A stretch of DNA of 64,000 nt from Candidatus Calditenuaceae archaeon. GTDB lineage: Archaea > Thermoproteota > Nitrososphaeria_A > Caldarchaeales > Calditenuaceae. Under the pieces are notes generated by a model. That model was not told the DNA's origin and did not search any database. It worked only from the letters and a program-made list of their open reading frames with translations. The DNA lies in contig JANXEE010000017.1 of assembly GCA_025058225.1 (NCBI GenBank), positions 2,084-66,083 of the forward strand, read 5' to 3'. The first letter of the stretch is position 1. Every line of letters begins with the position of its first letter. Position numbers and translations under genes: made by a program. Positions 8,699 through 17,929 of the stretch are shown here, piece by piece.

Positions 8699-9154
8699 TT
8701 GCTCTTCGACGTGCGGCCCTAGACCGATAGAAAGGACCTCTTCGGCAGGGAGACCTCGCTCGAGTTCATGAGGCGCGGGTTCGGGGAGCACGGCATCGAT
8801 CCTTCTCCCGAGGTCCTAGAGAGGGCGGTGGACTCGCTCGACGGCGTGGTGGGATGGCTCACCTACTTCGGACACGCAGCGGTATCGGAGGGGCGCCTGG
8901 ACGAGGGCGTCCTCGAGAGGGTCGTGAACGAGGCCAAGAGGGTGATAGAGGCGGAGCTCGCTAAGGTCTTCCAGAGGTCGAGGCACTACAGGCTGATCCT
9001 GCGGGCCGTCGGTGCGGGCAACCACAGGTGGGTCGAGATCAAGCGGACCGTCGAGGCCTGGTCCGGAGTCCACGTGCCCAACGCCCAGCTCACCAGGCTG
9101 CGCCACTCCCTCGAGAAGCTGAGCGTCGTCGAGAAGGTAGGGGACTCGTACTGA
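8699..9154 (+). pseudogene. Archaeal ATPase (ATPase_2 plus C-terminal wHTH) pseudogene with internal stop and deleted NTPase core
   Basis: In-frame LLFDVRP*TDRKDLFGRE joins directly to TSLEFMRRGFGE...LDGVVGWLTYFG; TAG at 8720-8722; no Walker A/B; GGTGA RBS-like site upstream. Confidence 0.8.
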
Positions 9155-9412
9155 TCGGTAAGGCGGTGGGCCTCTAGCCCTCAGACCCGGACCAACACCT
9201 TGAGCGCCCTCCTCGCCGCGAAACGCTCGAACCACTCCCTGAACCCGAAGACGAACCTGTGCTGCTCTGGCGATGAGCCCGCGCGTAATTCCGTCCGGTT
9301 CATTTAAGCGTTCGAGGTCGATCGGCGCGAAGACCGGCCGTCCAGCGGGGCCGAACTCACCACCGTCGGCGCCTCAAGGGTCTTTAGGAGCCGAAGTGCC
9401 GGAATCTCGGGT

Positions 9413-10573
9413 TTGGGTCTACGGGAGCTCCCTAAAGTGGGCGAGGTGATGAGCAAAGACATGGAGGCCGTTCAGGCCGAGGAGCCCCTGATCAAGGTGG
9501 CGAGCGTCTTCGCCGAGAAGGACGTCGACGTGGTACTCGTGCTGTCCGGAGAGCAGCTTGTAGGCCTGCTGACAGAGAGGGTGCTCTTGAGGCCTAAGGT
9601 GAACCTACAGCAGGTCAAGGCGAAAACTTTCGCGATCCCGGTCCCGAGGCTCAAGGCCGACGATAGCGTGGCAAGGGCCGCAAAGCTGATGGTGGAGAAC
9701 AACATCAGGGCCCTTCCGGTGGTCGAGGAGAACTCGAGGCCCATCGGCGTCGTCGGTGTTTTCAACCTGCTGGAGGCTTGTAGGCCCTTCCTGAGGGGCC
9801 TTAAGGTCAAACAGGTCATGACCGAAGACCCTGTCACGGTCGCTGCAGACGACAGCATAGGGAAGGTGGTTGCCGTGATGAGGGACGAGGGCGTATCGAG
9901 GTTGCCGGTAGTCCAGAACGACAGGCTCGTCGGCATAATCACGCTCCACGACCTCATAGTAAAGGTGCTGGGACCCAGGTACAGGTCGACGGTCGGTGAA
10001 GTCCTAGGAGAGAAGATACCGACGTTGGGAACCAGGGCGAAGGACATCATGAACAGCCCCGTGATCACCTGTTCTCCCGATGACGACCTCTTGGTCGCTG
10101 TGGAGAAGATGAGGCACTACGACGTGTCCTGTGTCGTGGTGATCGAGGGTCAGAGGGTGGTGGGCATAGTGACGCGAACCGACGCGCTCGAGCCCCTTGC
10201 CTCCATAGGGGAGGAGGAGGTCGGAGTTCACGTGCAGGTCTCCTTCAAGCTCGCCAACTCACCGAGCGAGCAGGAGAAGTCGAGCGTCCTCGAGTCCGTA
10301 AGCTCGTTCGTCAGGAGGTACGGCGACACGATAGGGTCAGGGACCGTCACCCTCCACTTCAAGGAGCACAGGGAGAAGCACGGAGAGATTCACCTCATTC
10401 ACTGCAGGGCAAGGCTCAACACGGACAGGTACAGGCTGGTGGGAGTTGGGGAGGGGTGGACGCCGACGCTCGCGGCTAGGGCTGCACTTCACCGGATCGA
10501 GAGGCAGCTAACGGTCAGCAAGGAGCTCGAGCAGAGGTATGACGTGCTCTCGGAGCTGGCCGAGCGATATTGA
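9413..10573 (+). CDS. 4xCBS domain protein with C-terminal HPF/RaiA-like domain (putative ribosome hibernation factor)
   Basis: Four CBS repeats (RALPVV, SRLPVV, GIITLHDL); C-terminal ~110 aa with a beta-alpha-beta-beta-beta-alpha pattern ending ALHRIERQL. Confidence 0.8.
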   Translation: MGLRELPKVGEVMSKDMEAVQAEEPLIKVASVFAEKDVDVVLVLSGEQLVGLLTERVLLRPKVNLQQVKAKTFAIPVPRLKADDSVARAAKLMVENNIRALPVVEENSRPIGVVGVFNLLEACRPFLRGLKVKQVMTEDPVTVAADDSIGKVVAVMRDEGVSRLPVVQNDRLVGIITLHDLIVKVLGPRYRSTVGEVLGEKIPTLGTRAKDIMNSPVITCSPDDDLLVAVEKMRHYDVSCVVVIEGQRVVGIVTRTDALEPLASIGEEEVGVHVQVSFKLANSPSEQEKSSVLESVSSFVRRYGDTIGSGTVTLHFKEHREKHGEIHLIHCRARLNTDRYRLVGVGEGWTPTLAARAALHRIERQLTVSKELEQRYDVLSELAERY

Positions 10574-11091
10574 GTTCCACCGTGCCAGAGGGTGGTGAGG
10601 GGACTGCGGCCGTCGGTGCGATACTCGACCCAAGGAGCCACGTGCTGGTAGTGAAGAGGGCCGTCCGTGAAGGCGATCCCTGGTCGGGACAGTGGGCTCT
10701 GCCCGGAGGGAGGTGGACGCTGGGGGACTCGGACCTCCTGGAGACGTTGAGAAGGGAAGTCCTCGAGGAGACGGGCATCGACATCACAATGCTCGAACCG
10801 ATCGGGTGGCTGGGGCCTTTATCGCCAATGAACAGACCCGGACTCAAAGTCCACGTGCTTGCGCTGCTGGCCCGTGAGAGGCCTCAGGTCAGGCTCAACT
10901 ACGAGCTGTCAGACTTCAGGTGGGTCAGGCCGTCCGTGATGAGGCGGGCTTTGGTAAGGGCCCTCACGTCGTTCGGAGAGAGGGAAGTGGAGGCTATGGT
11001 GGAAGAAGACGTGGTGATTTGGGGGCTTACCTATCGCATCCTCGATCAGCTCTACTCGTCGGGATTCTTACGGAGCCTGCACACCGGTTGA
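10570..11091 (+). CDS. NUDIX hydrolase (CoA pyrophosphatase-like)
   Basis: PWSGQWALPGG...LRREVLEETG Nudix box; IWGLTYRIL. Confidence 0.9.
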   Translation: MSSTVPEGGEGTAAVGAILDPRSHVLVVKRAVREGDPWSGQWALPGGRWTLGDSDLLETLRREVLEETGIDITMLEPIGWLGPLSPMNRPGLKVHVLALLARERPQVRLNYELSDFRWVRPSVMRRALVRALTSFGEREVEAMVEEDVVIWGLTYRILDQLYSSGFLRSLHTG

Positions 11092-11097
11092 CCACCT

Positions 11098-11787
11098 TCA
11101 AGGGTCCAGCTCAGCGCGCCCGATCAGAAGCCTTCCGGAGTAACCGTCCCAAGTCGTCGTCCATTCCAAGAGCTTCAACCTCTCCCTGAAGAGGGGGGCC
11201 CAGAGGACGAGCGTCTCGTAGTCTCCGCCCTCGCCGTCGGGGTCGAACCCGAACCTCTCCGAGAGGGTCATCAGCTCCCTCAGAGCGTCGCTGTCAATCT
11301 TACGACCGACCCAACTGCTATTGAGGCCGTTTGCCGAGACAGATGAGATCAATACCTCATAGCCCCTCCGGACGACCTCTGCCACCACGGAGCCCGGACT
11401 CATTCCCCAATTGGGTGTCAAGTGTGAGAGACCTATCTCGCTCAGTAGCGCGTCCATCCTGTACTTCTGGTAGCTGCTCCTTATTACCCCGGACACGACG
11501 CCCTCGATGCCGAGGGATTCGGAAAGGGACTCGAGGTGGCTGCCGAGGGCCTCGACCTCCTTCCCCTTGCCGGGAGGAACCTTGACGAACCTCTGCGACA
11601 GGCCCATCGAGCGTGCCTGAAGCGGTGTCACCTCCAGGCAGACGTCGTGAAATGCGTAGGAGTGGGGTTCTGGGACGACGGTTAGGAGCTCCACCACCTC
11701 GTGTCCGACATGAAGCGCCTTCTCGAGCGCCAGCGTCGAGTCCTTACCGCCCGTGTAAAGCGCGACCACCCGCAACCCACCAGACAT
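11098..11787 (-). CDS. dph6: Diphthine-ammonia ligase (diphthamide synthase)
   Basis: LYTGGKDS PP-loop; SSYQ and GEGGDYET motifs. Confidence 0.9.
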   Translation of the reverse strand: MSGGLRVVALYTGGKDSTLALEKALHVGHEVVELLTVVPEPHSYAFHDVCLEVTPLQARSMGLSQRFVKVPPGKGKEVEALGSHLESLSESLGIEGVVSGVIRSSYQKYRMDALLSEIGLSHLTPNWGMSPGSVVAEVVRRGYEVLISSVSANGLNSSWVGRKIDSDALRELMTLSERFGFDPDGEGGDYETLVLWAPLFRERLKLLEWTTTWDGYSGRLLIGRAELDP

Positions 11788-11857
11788 GCCTGCCCTTGGA
11801 AATAACGGTCTCGCGTCTAGTGGCAAACTTATGTGCAGGCTCTTCTTCTTCGTCGAG

Positions 11858-14356
11858 ATGAGGACTTACCCATACGCGAGGCCTGGAAGGGACTTCGCGT
11901 ACCCCGAATACGTATCCGTCTACCCGCCCGATCGGGGATACTCGGTCAGGCACATCAAGCTCGAGTTGTGGATAGACTTCGACGGCAAGCGTCTGACCGG
12001 TGAAGAGGAGATCGTGATCGTCAGGAACGGTTCAGGGGTCGACAATGTGGTCCTCGACGCGTGTGAGTTGGAGATTCGTAACGTGCTCGTCGACGGTGCA
12101 GAGGCCCCATGGCACTACGACGGCAACTCTCTCTCCGTTAACGTTGTGGGGAAGGAGGCCGCGATCAAAGTCAGTTACGTCGCCAGACCGAGGAAGGGGT
12201 TCCACTTCGTCGGACCGGACGAGGCGAATCCCAACAGAGCCCCTCATTGCTGGAGTCAGGGAGAGACGGACTACAATCGTTACTGGATGGTCCTCTATGA
12301 CCACCCATCGGTCAAACAGACCTCGGAGCTCATAATTCACGTCCCAAGGGGGATGGTTGCGGTCTCTAACGGCGACCTAGTACGGCACGAAAGTCTCGAC
12401 GGCGAGGAGATCTGGCACTACAGAATGGATGTCCCCCACTCGGGATACCTGATAAGCGTCGCGGCTGGTCAATTGGAGGTCATAGAGGAGCACCATAGGG
12501 GCATCAGGCTCCAGTACTTCGTCCCGAAGGGGTGGAGGGAGAAGGCCCATCTCTCTTTCGGGAAGACTTCTACGATCATTGACTTCCTCAGCCAGTACCT
12601 CAACTGCGAGTACCCTTACCGGAAGTACGCGCAGGTCGTCGTCAGCGAGTTCATCTTCGGCGGCATGGAGAACACGACCGCAACCACGCTCACAGACCTC
12701 ACCCTCCACGACGAGAAGGCCCACGAGGAGTTCTCCAGCGATCCTCTGGTGGCCCACGAGCTCGTTCATCAGTGGTTCGGCGACCTCGTCACGTGCAGGG
12801 ACTGGCCCCACATCTGGCTGAACGAGAGCTTCGCGACGTATCTGGAGAACCTCTTCGTCCTTCACGACAAGGGCAAGGCGGAGTTCGTCTACGAAGTGCT
12901 CAGAGATCTGGACACCTACCTGCAGGAGTACAGGGACAGGTACGCGCGGCCGATAGTTTCGCGGGTCTACAGGTACCCCACAGAGCTCTTCGACGGCCAC
13001 TCTTACCCGAAGGGTGCTCTGGTGCTCAACGCGCTGAGAGGCCTCCTGGGCGATGAGGTCTTCAGGAAGGGGTTGGAGGAGTTCCTGAGGAGGTACCGGT
13101 ACAAGGCCGTCGACACGGAGGACTTCAGGAAGACGATGGAGGAGGTCTCGGGGAGGAGTCTGGAGCTCTTCTTCGAGCAGTACCTCTACAACTCAGGTCA
13201 TCCGGTCCTCTCGATCGAGGAGGAGTACGACTCGTCTACAGGAACGCTGAAGCTCAGGTTCAAACAGACTCAGGGTGAGGACTCTCTTCCGGAGTACTGG
13301 ATCCCCCTCAGGGTGACCGCGAAGCGCAAGGACGGTTACAGGGAGTTCAGGGTTGAGCTCAGATCGAGAGAGGAGGTCGTGGCTCTTCCCATGCCCGAGA
13401 GGCCCGAGTGGGTCTGCATCGATCCTGAACTCGAGTCTTTCGTGGTGCTTGACAGGAAGCTCGGCGACGAGGTCTGGGCGAGGATCCTCAGGGAGGACGA
13501 GCACGTTTACTGCAAGCTACTCGCCATTAGGGCACTCGGTAAGATAGGGAGCGCGAAGTCGATCGATGCCCTCGGGAACGTTCTGGTTGACGGTGAGGTC
13601 TTCTGGGGTCTCGCCGCTGAAGCTGCGAAGGCCCTCGGGTCGTCGAGGAGCGAGTCAGCCAAGGAGAGGCTTATCTCCGCGCTTAAGGTCGTCAGCAGGC
13701 CGAAGGTGAGGCTCGCGATCTGCGAGGCCCTCTCGAATTTCAGGGGAAGGGACGTCGCCGAGGCCCTGAAGTCCGTTCTGCGCAACGGCGCCGAGGGCTA
13801 CTACACGAGACAGGCAGCAGCCCATTCGCTCGGGAAATCTGGCGACGAGTCTGACCTAGAGGTACTGATCGCCCATCTCGATGAGCCCTCCCATAACAAC
13901 GCGATCACGAACGGGTGTCTGAGGGGCATAGCGGAGATCGGTGGCGAGAGAGCTCTTGAGATCGTGATGAAGTACACTGCACGCGACAAACCGAGCCACG
14001 TCCGGGCCAGTGCCGCGTCGCTCCTCGGGAGGTTTCCGGGGAAGAGAGAAGTCCTCAAGAGACTCGGGGAGCTGGCGACCGACGAGAGCTACAGGGTCAG
14101 GAGGGGGGTGGTCGCGGCTTGTTCCGAGCTGGCTTCGCCGCAGGTCTTGCCGATACTCAACAGGATCGCAGATTCAGACCCTTACGAGATGGTGAGGAGG
14201 GACGCGCGGGACGCCGCTGAGCGCGTCAGGAAGTCTCTGGAGCGGGGGACGGAGTACAGGGTCCTGAGGGAGGAGCTTGAGAAGATCAGGGAGGAGAACA
14301 GGAGGCTGATTGACAGGATGGCCGCTCTCTCGAAGGTCGTCGAATTGAAGGGGTGA
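11858..14356 (+). CDS. M1 family aminopeptidase with C-terminal HEAT-like repeats
   Basis: GGMEN, HELVHQWFG and WLNESFA zinc-peptidase motifs; YPKG; HEAT repeats and a terminal coiled coil. Confidence 0.95.
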   Translation: MRTYPYARPGRDFAYPEYVSVYPPDRGYSVRHIKLELWIDFDGKRLTGEEEIVIVRNGSGVDNVVLDACELEIRNVLVDGAEAPWHYDGNSLSVNVVGKEAAIKVSYVARPRKGFHFVGPDEANPNRAPHCWSQGETDYNRYWMVLYDHPSVKQTSELIIHVPRGMVAVSNGDLVRHESLDGEEIWHYRMDVPHSGYLISVAAGQLEVIEEHHRGIRLQYFVPKGWREKAHLSFGKTSTIIDFLSQYLNCEYPYRKYAQVVVSEFIFGGMENTTATTLTDLTLHDEKAHEEFSSDPLVAHELVHQWFGDLVTCRDWPHIWLNESFATYLENLFVLHDKGKAEFVYEVLRDLDTYLQEYRDRYARPIVSRVYRYPTELFDGHSYPKGALVLNALRGLLGDEVFRKGLEEFLRRYRYKAVDTEDFRKTMEEVSGRSLELFFEQYLYNSGHPVLSIEEEYDSSTGTLKLRFKQTQGEDSLPEYWIPLRVTAKRKDGYREFRVELRSREEVVALPMPERPEWVCIDPELESFVVLDRKLGDEVWARILREDEHVYCKLLAIRALGKIGSAKSIDALGNVLVDGEVFWGLAAEAAKALGSSRSESAKERLISALKVVSRPKVRLAICEALSNFRGRDVAEALKSVLRNGAEGYYTRQAAAHSLGKSGDESDLEVLIAHLDEPSHNNAITNGCLRGIAEIGGERALEIVMKYTARDKPSHVRASAASLLGRFPGKREVLKRLGELATDESYRVRRGVVAACSELASPQVLPILNRIADSDPYEMVRRDARDAAERVRKSLERGTEYRVLREELEKIREENRRLIDRMAALSKVVELKG

Positions 14357-14360
14357 ATGC

Positions 14361-14687
14361 CTACCGCCTCAAGGGAACCCTGTTGACCGCACCGCAGTTA
14401 CCACATATCACGACCACGCCCTTCGTTCTTCCTCTCTTCACTCTGAACCTCGAGCCCTCCGAGAACTTGTAGAGGGACAGACATTTCCTACAGATCAACC
14501 TCGAGTACCTCCTCGGCATCCTAGTCCTCGTCCTCCTGCAGAGCTCCACCGCGTGTCTCACAGCCGCCCTCCGAAGGACGCCGTCCTCCGTCCTCAGAGC
14601 CAGTTCCATCAACCTCTCGACCTCCATCAGGACCGTTCTGCCTCTGTCCCTTCCCGCAGCTCCTCCCAAGCTCCCCTCCCCTTCCAC
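14361..14687 (-). CDS. rnp4: Ribonuclease P protein component 4 (Rpp21)
   Basis: RLICRKC...RFRVK...VICGNCG..NRVP zinc-binding pattern. Confidence 0.85.
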   Translation of the reverse strand: MEGEGSLGGAAGRDRGRTVLMEVERLMELALRTEDGVLRRAAVRHAVELCRRTRTRMPRRYSRLICRKCLSLYKFSEGSRFRVKRGRTKGVVVICGNCGAVNRVPLRR

Positions 14688-14772
14688 CGGGTCTTAAAGG
14701 GGGTTGTGTGTCATTGAGGCCGTCGCAGAGGCCGCGCTTCCGATTTATATGGTCGCTGAGGAGCAGACGACC

Positions 14773-14958
14773 GTGTCGAGCGCCAAGGTCATAGCGTTAC
14801 CTACGTGCACGTCCTGCAACAGGTCGATCACACCGGAGGAGAAGGCGGTGAGGTTCCCGTGTCCGTCGTGCAACAGGGTCACCATCTGGAGGTGTGAGGT
14901 GTGCAGGGATCTCTCGAGGACCTACGTCTGTCCCGTATGCGGGTTTGAGGGGCCGTAG
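14773..14958 (+). CDS. Zn-ribbon protein (DUF1610/HVO_2753-like); start uncertain (ORF track 14704)
   Basis: CTSC..FPCPSC..IWRCEVCR..YVCPVCGFEGP; conserved position upstream of EF-1beta. Confidence 0.88.
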   Translation: MSSAKVIALPTCTSCNRSITPEEKAVRFPCPSCNRVTIWRCEVCRDLSRTYVCPVCGFEGP

Positions 14959-14960
14959 CC

Positions 14961-15230
14961 ATGGGACGTGTCCTTTACGTCGTCAGGGTGATGCCCGCAG
15001 ACGATGAGGTGGATCTCGATCAGCTGCTCGGATCTATCAAGAGGTCTGTACCTGAAGAGGTCCTCGTGAGGAAGGCCGTGAGGGAGGGTGTCGCATTCGG
15101 TCTGGAGAGCTTGGTGATAGCCTTCTCCCTTCCCGAGAAGGAGGGGATAACTGACGAGCTCGAGGAGGCCCTGAGGTCCGTAGAGGGTGTCGGAGAAGTA
15201 TCCGTTGAGGCCCTCACGAGAGAGGGTTGA
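14961..15230 (+). CDS. ef1b: Translation elongation factor 1-beta
   Basis: RVMP...DLDQL, VAFGLESL and VEGVGEV motifs. Confidence 0.92.
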   Translation: MGRVLYVVRVMPADDEVDLDQLLGSIKRSVPEEVLVRKAVREGVAFGLESLVIAFSLPEKEGITDELEEALRSVEGVGEVSVEALTREG

Positions 15231-16091
15231 CTACCTTCTGATCTGCTCTATTGTCTTGTCGACCATTATACCCGCGAGGTCGATACCTGAGACCCTAACC
15301 GTGTTCCTGAACTCGATCACCGCGTTCACCTCGCTGACGTAGACTCTGCCGTCCGAGGACTCCAGTAGGTCAACGCCGAGTATGCCACCACCTATTGCCT
15401 CTGCGGCCTTGATCGTCAGGTCGAGAAGTTCCTCGCTCAGCTCCGCAGGTTCGGCCTTCCCACCGAGGGCCGTGTTGGTCTTCCACCTAGTGCTGTAACG
15501 GTAAATCGCTACAGGGACCTCGCCCCATACGTAGAACGACCTTATGTCCCGGCCGGGTTTGTTGACGAACTCCTGCAGGTAGTGGACCCTGAAATATGGT
15601 GAAGGCATAGACTCCCTGAAGTCGACGATGTCAAGGAGGTCGTCCTCACTGAGTGCTCTGGCCATCATCCTCCCCCAGCTCCCGAAGATTGGCTTCACGA
15701 CTACCGGGTATCCGAGCTCCCTCGCGGCCTCTATCACCTTCTGCCTCGAGAAGGCGACGAATGTCTTCGGAACAGGTACGCCCCTTGAGGAGAGTCTTAT
15801 CGTGGTCACGAGCTTGTCGCCGCAGTCCCTGATCACCTCGTAGCCGTTCACCACCTCGATTCCCTTTCCCTCCAGCAACGCGGCGCTCGATAGCGCCCTG
15901 TAGAAGCTCACACACCTCTCGAAGGCGAAGTCGAGTCTGTCCAGCTTCTCCTGAGAGGAGTCGTTAACCTTCACCACCATCGAAGGCACGTAGAAAGGCA
16001 CCAGCTCGTGGCCCCTTTTCCTGATGGCCTCTACAATCTGTCTCTCCTCGTCACGGACGACGTCGTAGGCTATCCCGATCTTCAACCCCAA
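15231..16091 (-). CDS. lysX: LysW-aminoadipate/glutamate ligase (LysX/ArgX, ATP-grasp)
   Basis: RCVS, KPIFGSWGR, KPGRDIR, WKTNTALGG and EVNAVIEFRN motifs; adjacent to lysW. Confidence 0.92.
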   Translation of the reverse strand: MGLKIGIAYDVVRDEERQIVEAIRKRGHELVPFYVPSMVVKVNDSSQEKLDRLDFAFERCVSFYRALSSAALLEGKGIEVVNGYEVIRDCGDKLVTTIRLSSRGVPVPKTFVAFSRQKVIEAARELGYPVVVKPIFGSWGRMMARALSEDDLLDIVDFRESMPSPYFRVHYLQEFVNKPGRDIRSFYVWGEVPVAIYRYSTRWKTNTALGGKAEPAELSEELLDLTIKAAEAIGGGILGVDLLESSDGRVYVSEVNAVIEFRNTVRVSGIDLAGIMVDKTIEQIRR

Positions 16092-16100
16092 GCTACCCTT

Positions 16101-16289
16101 TTACTCCCCCCAGTCCTCGGCCACTTCCTCAGCCATCTTCAGCTTGGGCCTTTCGCCCTCTAGGTAGTACTCCAGCTGGGCTCCACAGGATCCGCACTCG
16201 AATAACTCGCCCTCTAACGCGTCCTCAGGTACGTCCACCTTACCGTCGCAGACCGGACAGTTCAGCGACCTCATACCACTAGCCTCCAT
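16101..16289 (-). CDS. lysW: Amino-group carrier protein LysW
   Basis: CPVC/CGSC zinc finger and C-terminal EDWGE. Confidence 0.96.
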   Translation of the reverse strand: MEASGMRSLNCPVCDGKVDVPEDALEGELFECGSCGAQLEYYLEGERPKLKMAEEVAEDWGE

Positions 16290-16424
16290 CGCGCGACATA
16301 GAACGGTCCTGCTCTTAAACGTAATGTCCTTCCGTTATCCGTTAGGTCCATCCCTGTTCGTTAACTGACTTTCCGGCTAATTGGGACGATTTCGTTATGA
16401 TCTTTACGAATTGCGTCACAGAGA

Positions 16425-17678
16425 TCAAAACTTGAGGACGAGGCCCTTCTTCTCCAGACTTATGGCCTCGAAGGGGATTGAGAGCTCTCTAGCTATCCTG
16501 TAGGCCTCAGCGATCTCATGAGGAGTGGGGTAGCGCGCTATGTCAGAGAGCCTAGGGTCGAAGTCAGGTGACGCGGGGTCTGCGAAGCAGTCGGGGTGGT
16601 ACTGGTCCATGACGTTGACGAGCGTTCCGGGCATGTTCTCAGCGATCCACGATAGCACAGGTCTCGTGCAGCACTCGACGTGGTTCGGCATCACGAGGTG
16701 CCGTATCACCATGTCCTCGCCCCATTCGTAGATCGTCCTGTGGTTCGCGGTCACGGTCTCCCAATACCAGGGAGTCCTCGCGAGCCTTATCGAGCACTTG
16801 TCGTTCCCGAACTTGAAGTCCGGGAGCCAGATGTCAACCAGCTCCCTGAGCAGCTCGAGCGTCTCCGGCGTCATGTACATGTTCGAGTTCCAGAGGATCG
16901 GGACGTTGAACTCTCCGTCGATCGAGTACCTCTCCCTCGGGAGCCTCCTCCACCTCAGGTAGTCGGGCTTCATCAGCCACATGTAAGCGAGGTCCTCCTT
17001 CTCCGGGACAACCTTCCCGAGCATCGATATCGCCTCGACGATTGTGTGGAGGTGGACCGTGGGCTCACCGCCGACGAGGTTGACGTTGTGGCAACCCTCC
17101 ACTCTCAGCTCCCACATCATCTTCGCCAAGAGCTCAGGAGTGATGTCGAGGCCGTTGTCCTTGTCCTTGCTGATGTCGCCGTTCTGGCAGAACCCGCACC
17201 TCATGTTGCAAGACGTGAAGAAGACTGTCCCAGAACCTGTCGTCCCCCTTATCGGCAGCTCTTCGCCCAAGTGGTGAAAGTAGCTGCTGACCTTGGAGGT
17301 CCTCGCCAGCATGCAGGTTCCCAGCTTCCCTCCCGAGACCCGATCGACCCTGCACCTCCACCTGCAGAAGGTGCACGACCTCAGCATCCGCCTCACGATC
17401 TCGACCTTCAGGTCCATCAACGACGGTGAGACCTCCTCCAGATCACGCAACCTCAGTCCGCCCTCCCTCAGTTCGCGCTGGAGACCCCTGAACTCCTCAG
17501 AGCACCTCCTGTGCTCCCTCCAGAGTTCTTCATCCGACGACTCGGAGCCGAATTCCGCACGAACCCTCCTGCATATCAGGAACTTGGCCGGTTGTTCGTT
17601 GTTCGCAACCCTGTAGTACCAGTTAAGCCTCTCTCTTACCTCTTCGAGTTCCCAGACCCACAGCGACTGAAAACTCAT
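16425..17678 (-). CDS. Radical SAM protein, PflX-like (archaeal long form)
   Basis: CTFCRWRCRVDR, GSGTVFFTSCNMRCGFCQN, GGEPT and RHLVMPNHVECC motifs. Confidence 0.9.
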   Translation of the reverse strand: MSFQSLWVWELEEVRERLNWYYRVANNEQPAKFLICRRVRAEFGSESSDEELWREHRRCSEEFRGLQRELREGGLRLRDLEEVSPSLMDLKVEIVRRMLRSCTFCRWRCRVDRVSGGKLGTCMLARTSKVSSYFHHLGEELPIRGTTGSGTVFFTSCNMRCGFCQNGDISKDKDNGLDITPELLAKMMWELRVEGCHNVNLVGGEPTVHLHTIVEAISMLGKVVPEKEDLAYMWLMKPDYLRWRRLPRERYSIDGEFNVPILWNSNMYMTPETLELLRELVDIWLPDFKFGNDKCSIRLARTPWYWETVTANHRTIYEWGEDMVIRHLVMPNHVECCTRPVLSWIAENMPGTLVNVMDQYHPDCFADPASPDFDPRLSDIARYPTPHEIAEAYRIARELSIPFEAISLEKKGLVLKF

Positions 17679-17929
17679 TCCCGGGACTAATTACCTTAAG
17701 GCTGCCATTAAGGATTTATCGCGTTAACTGTGCATCAGTAGACTTGCATTCAACCGAAATCACGACCACCTTCTGATCCTCAGCGCGTTCATTCACGAGC
17801 CACATAGGTTCTCCTCTCTCCAGTCTAGTTTTAATTTAGTAATCAGATGTATATTTTTGTATAAGGGACGTTACAACAATTATGTTTAATATCTGTGACG
17901 TATAATGTAATGAGTGAGGGGAAGGGGGA

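Noticed and set aside
8720..8722. In-frame TAG as possible pyrrolysine or readthrough site
   Set aside because: The gene also lacks its whole catalytic core, and there are no pyl genes in the window; an AAG-to-TAG nonsense mutation is simpler
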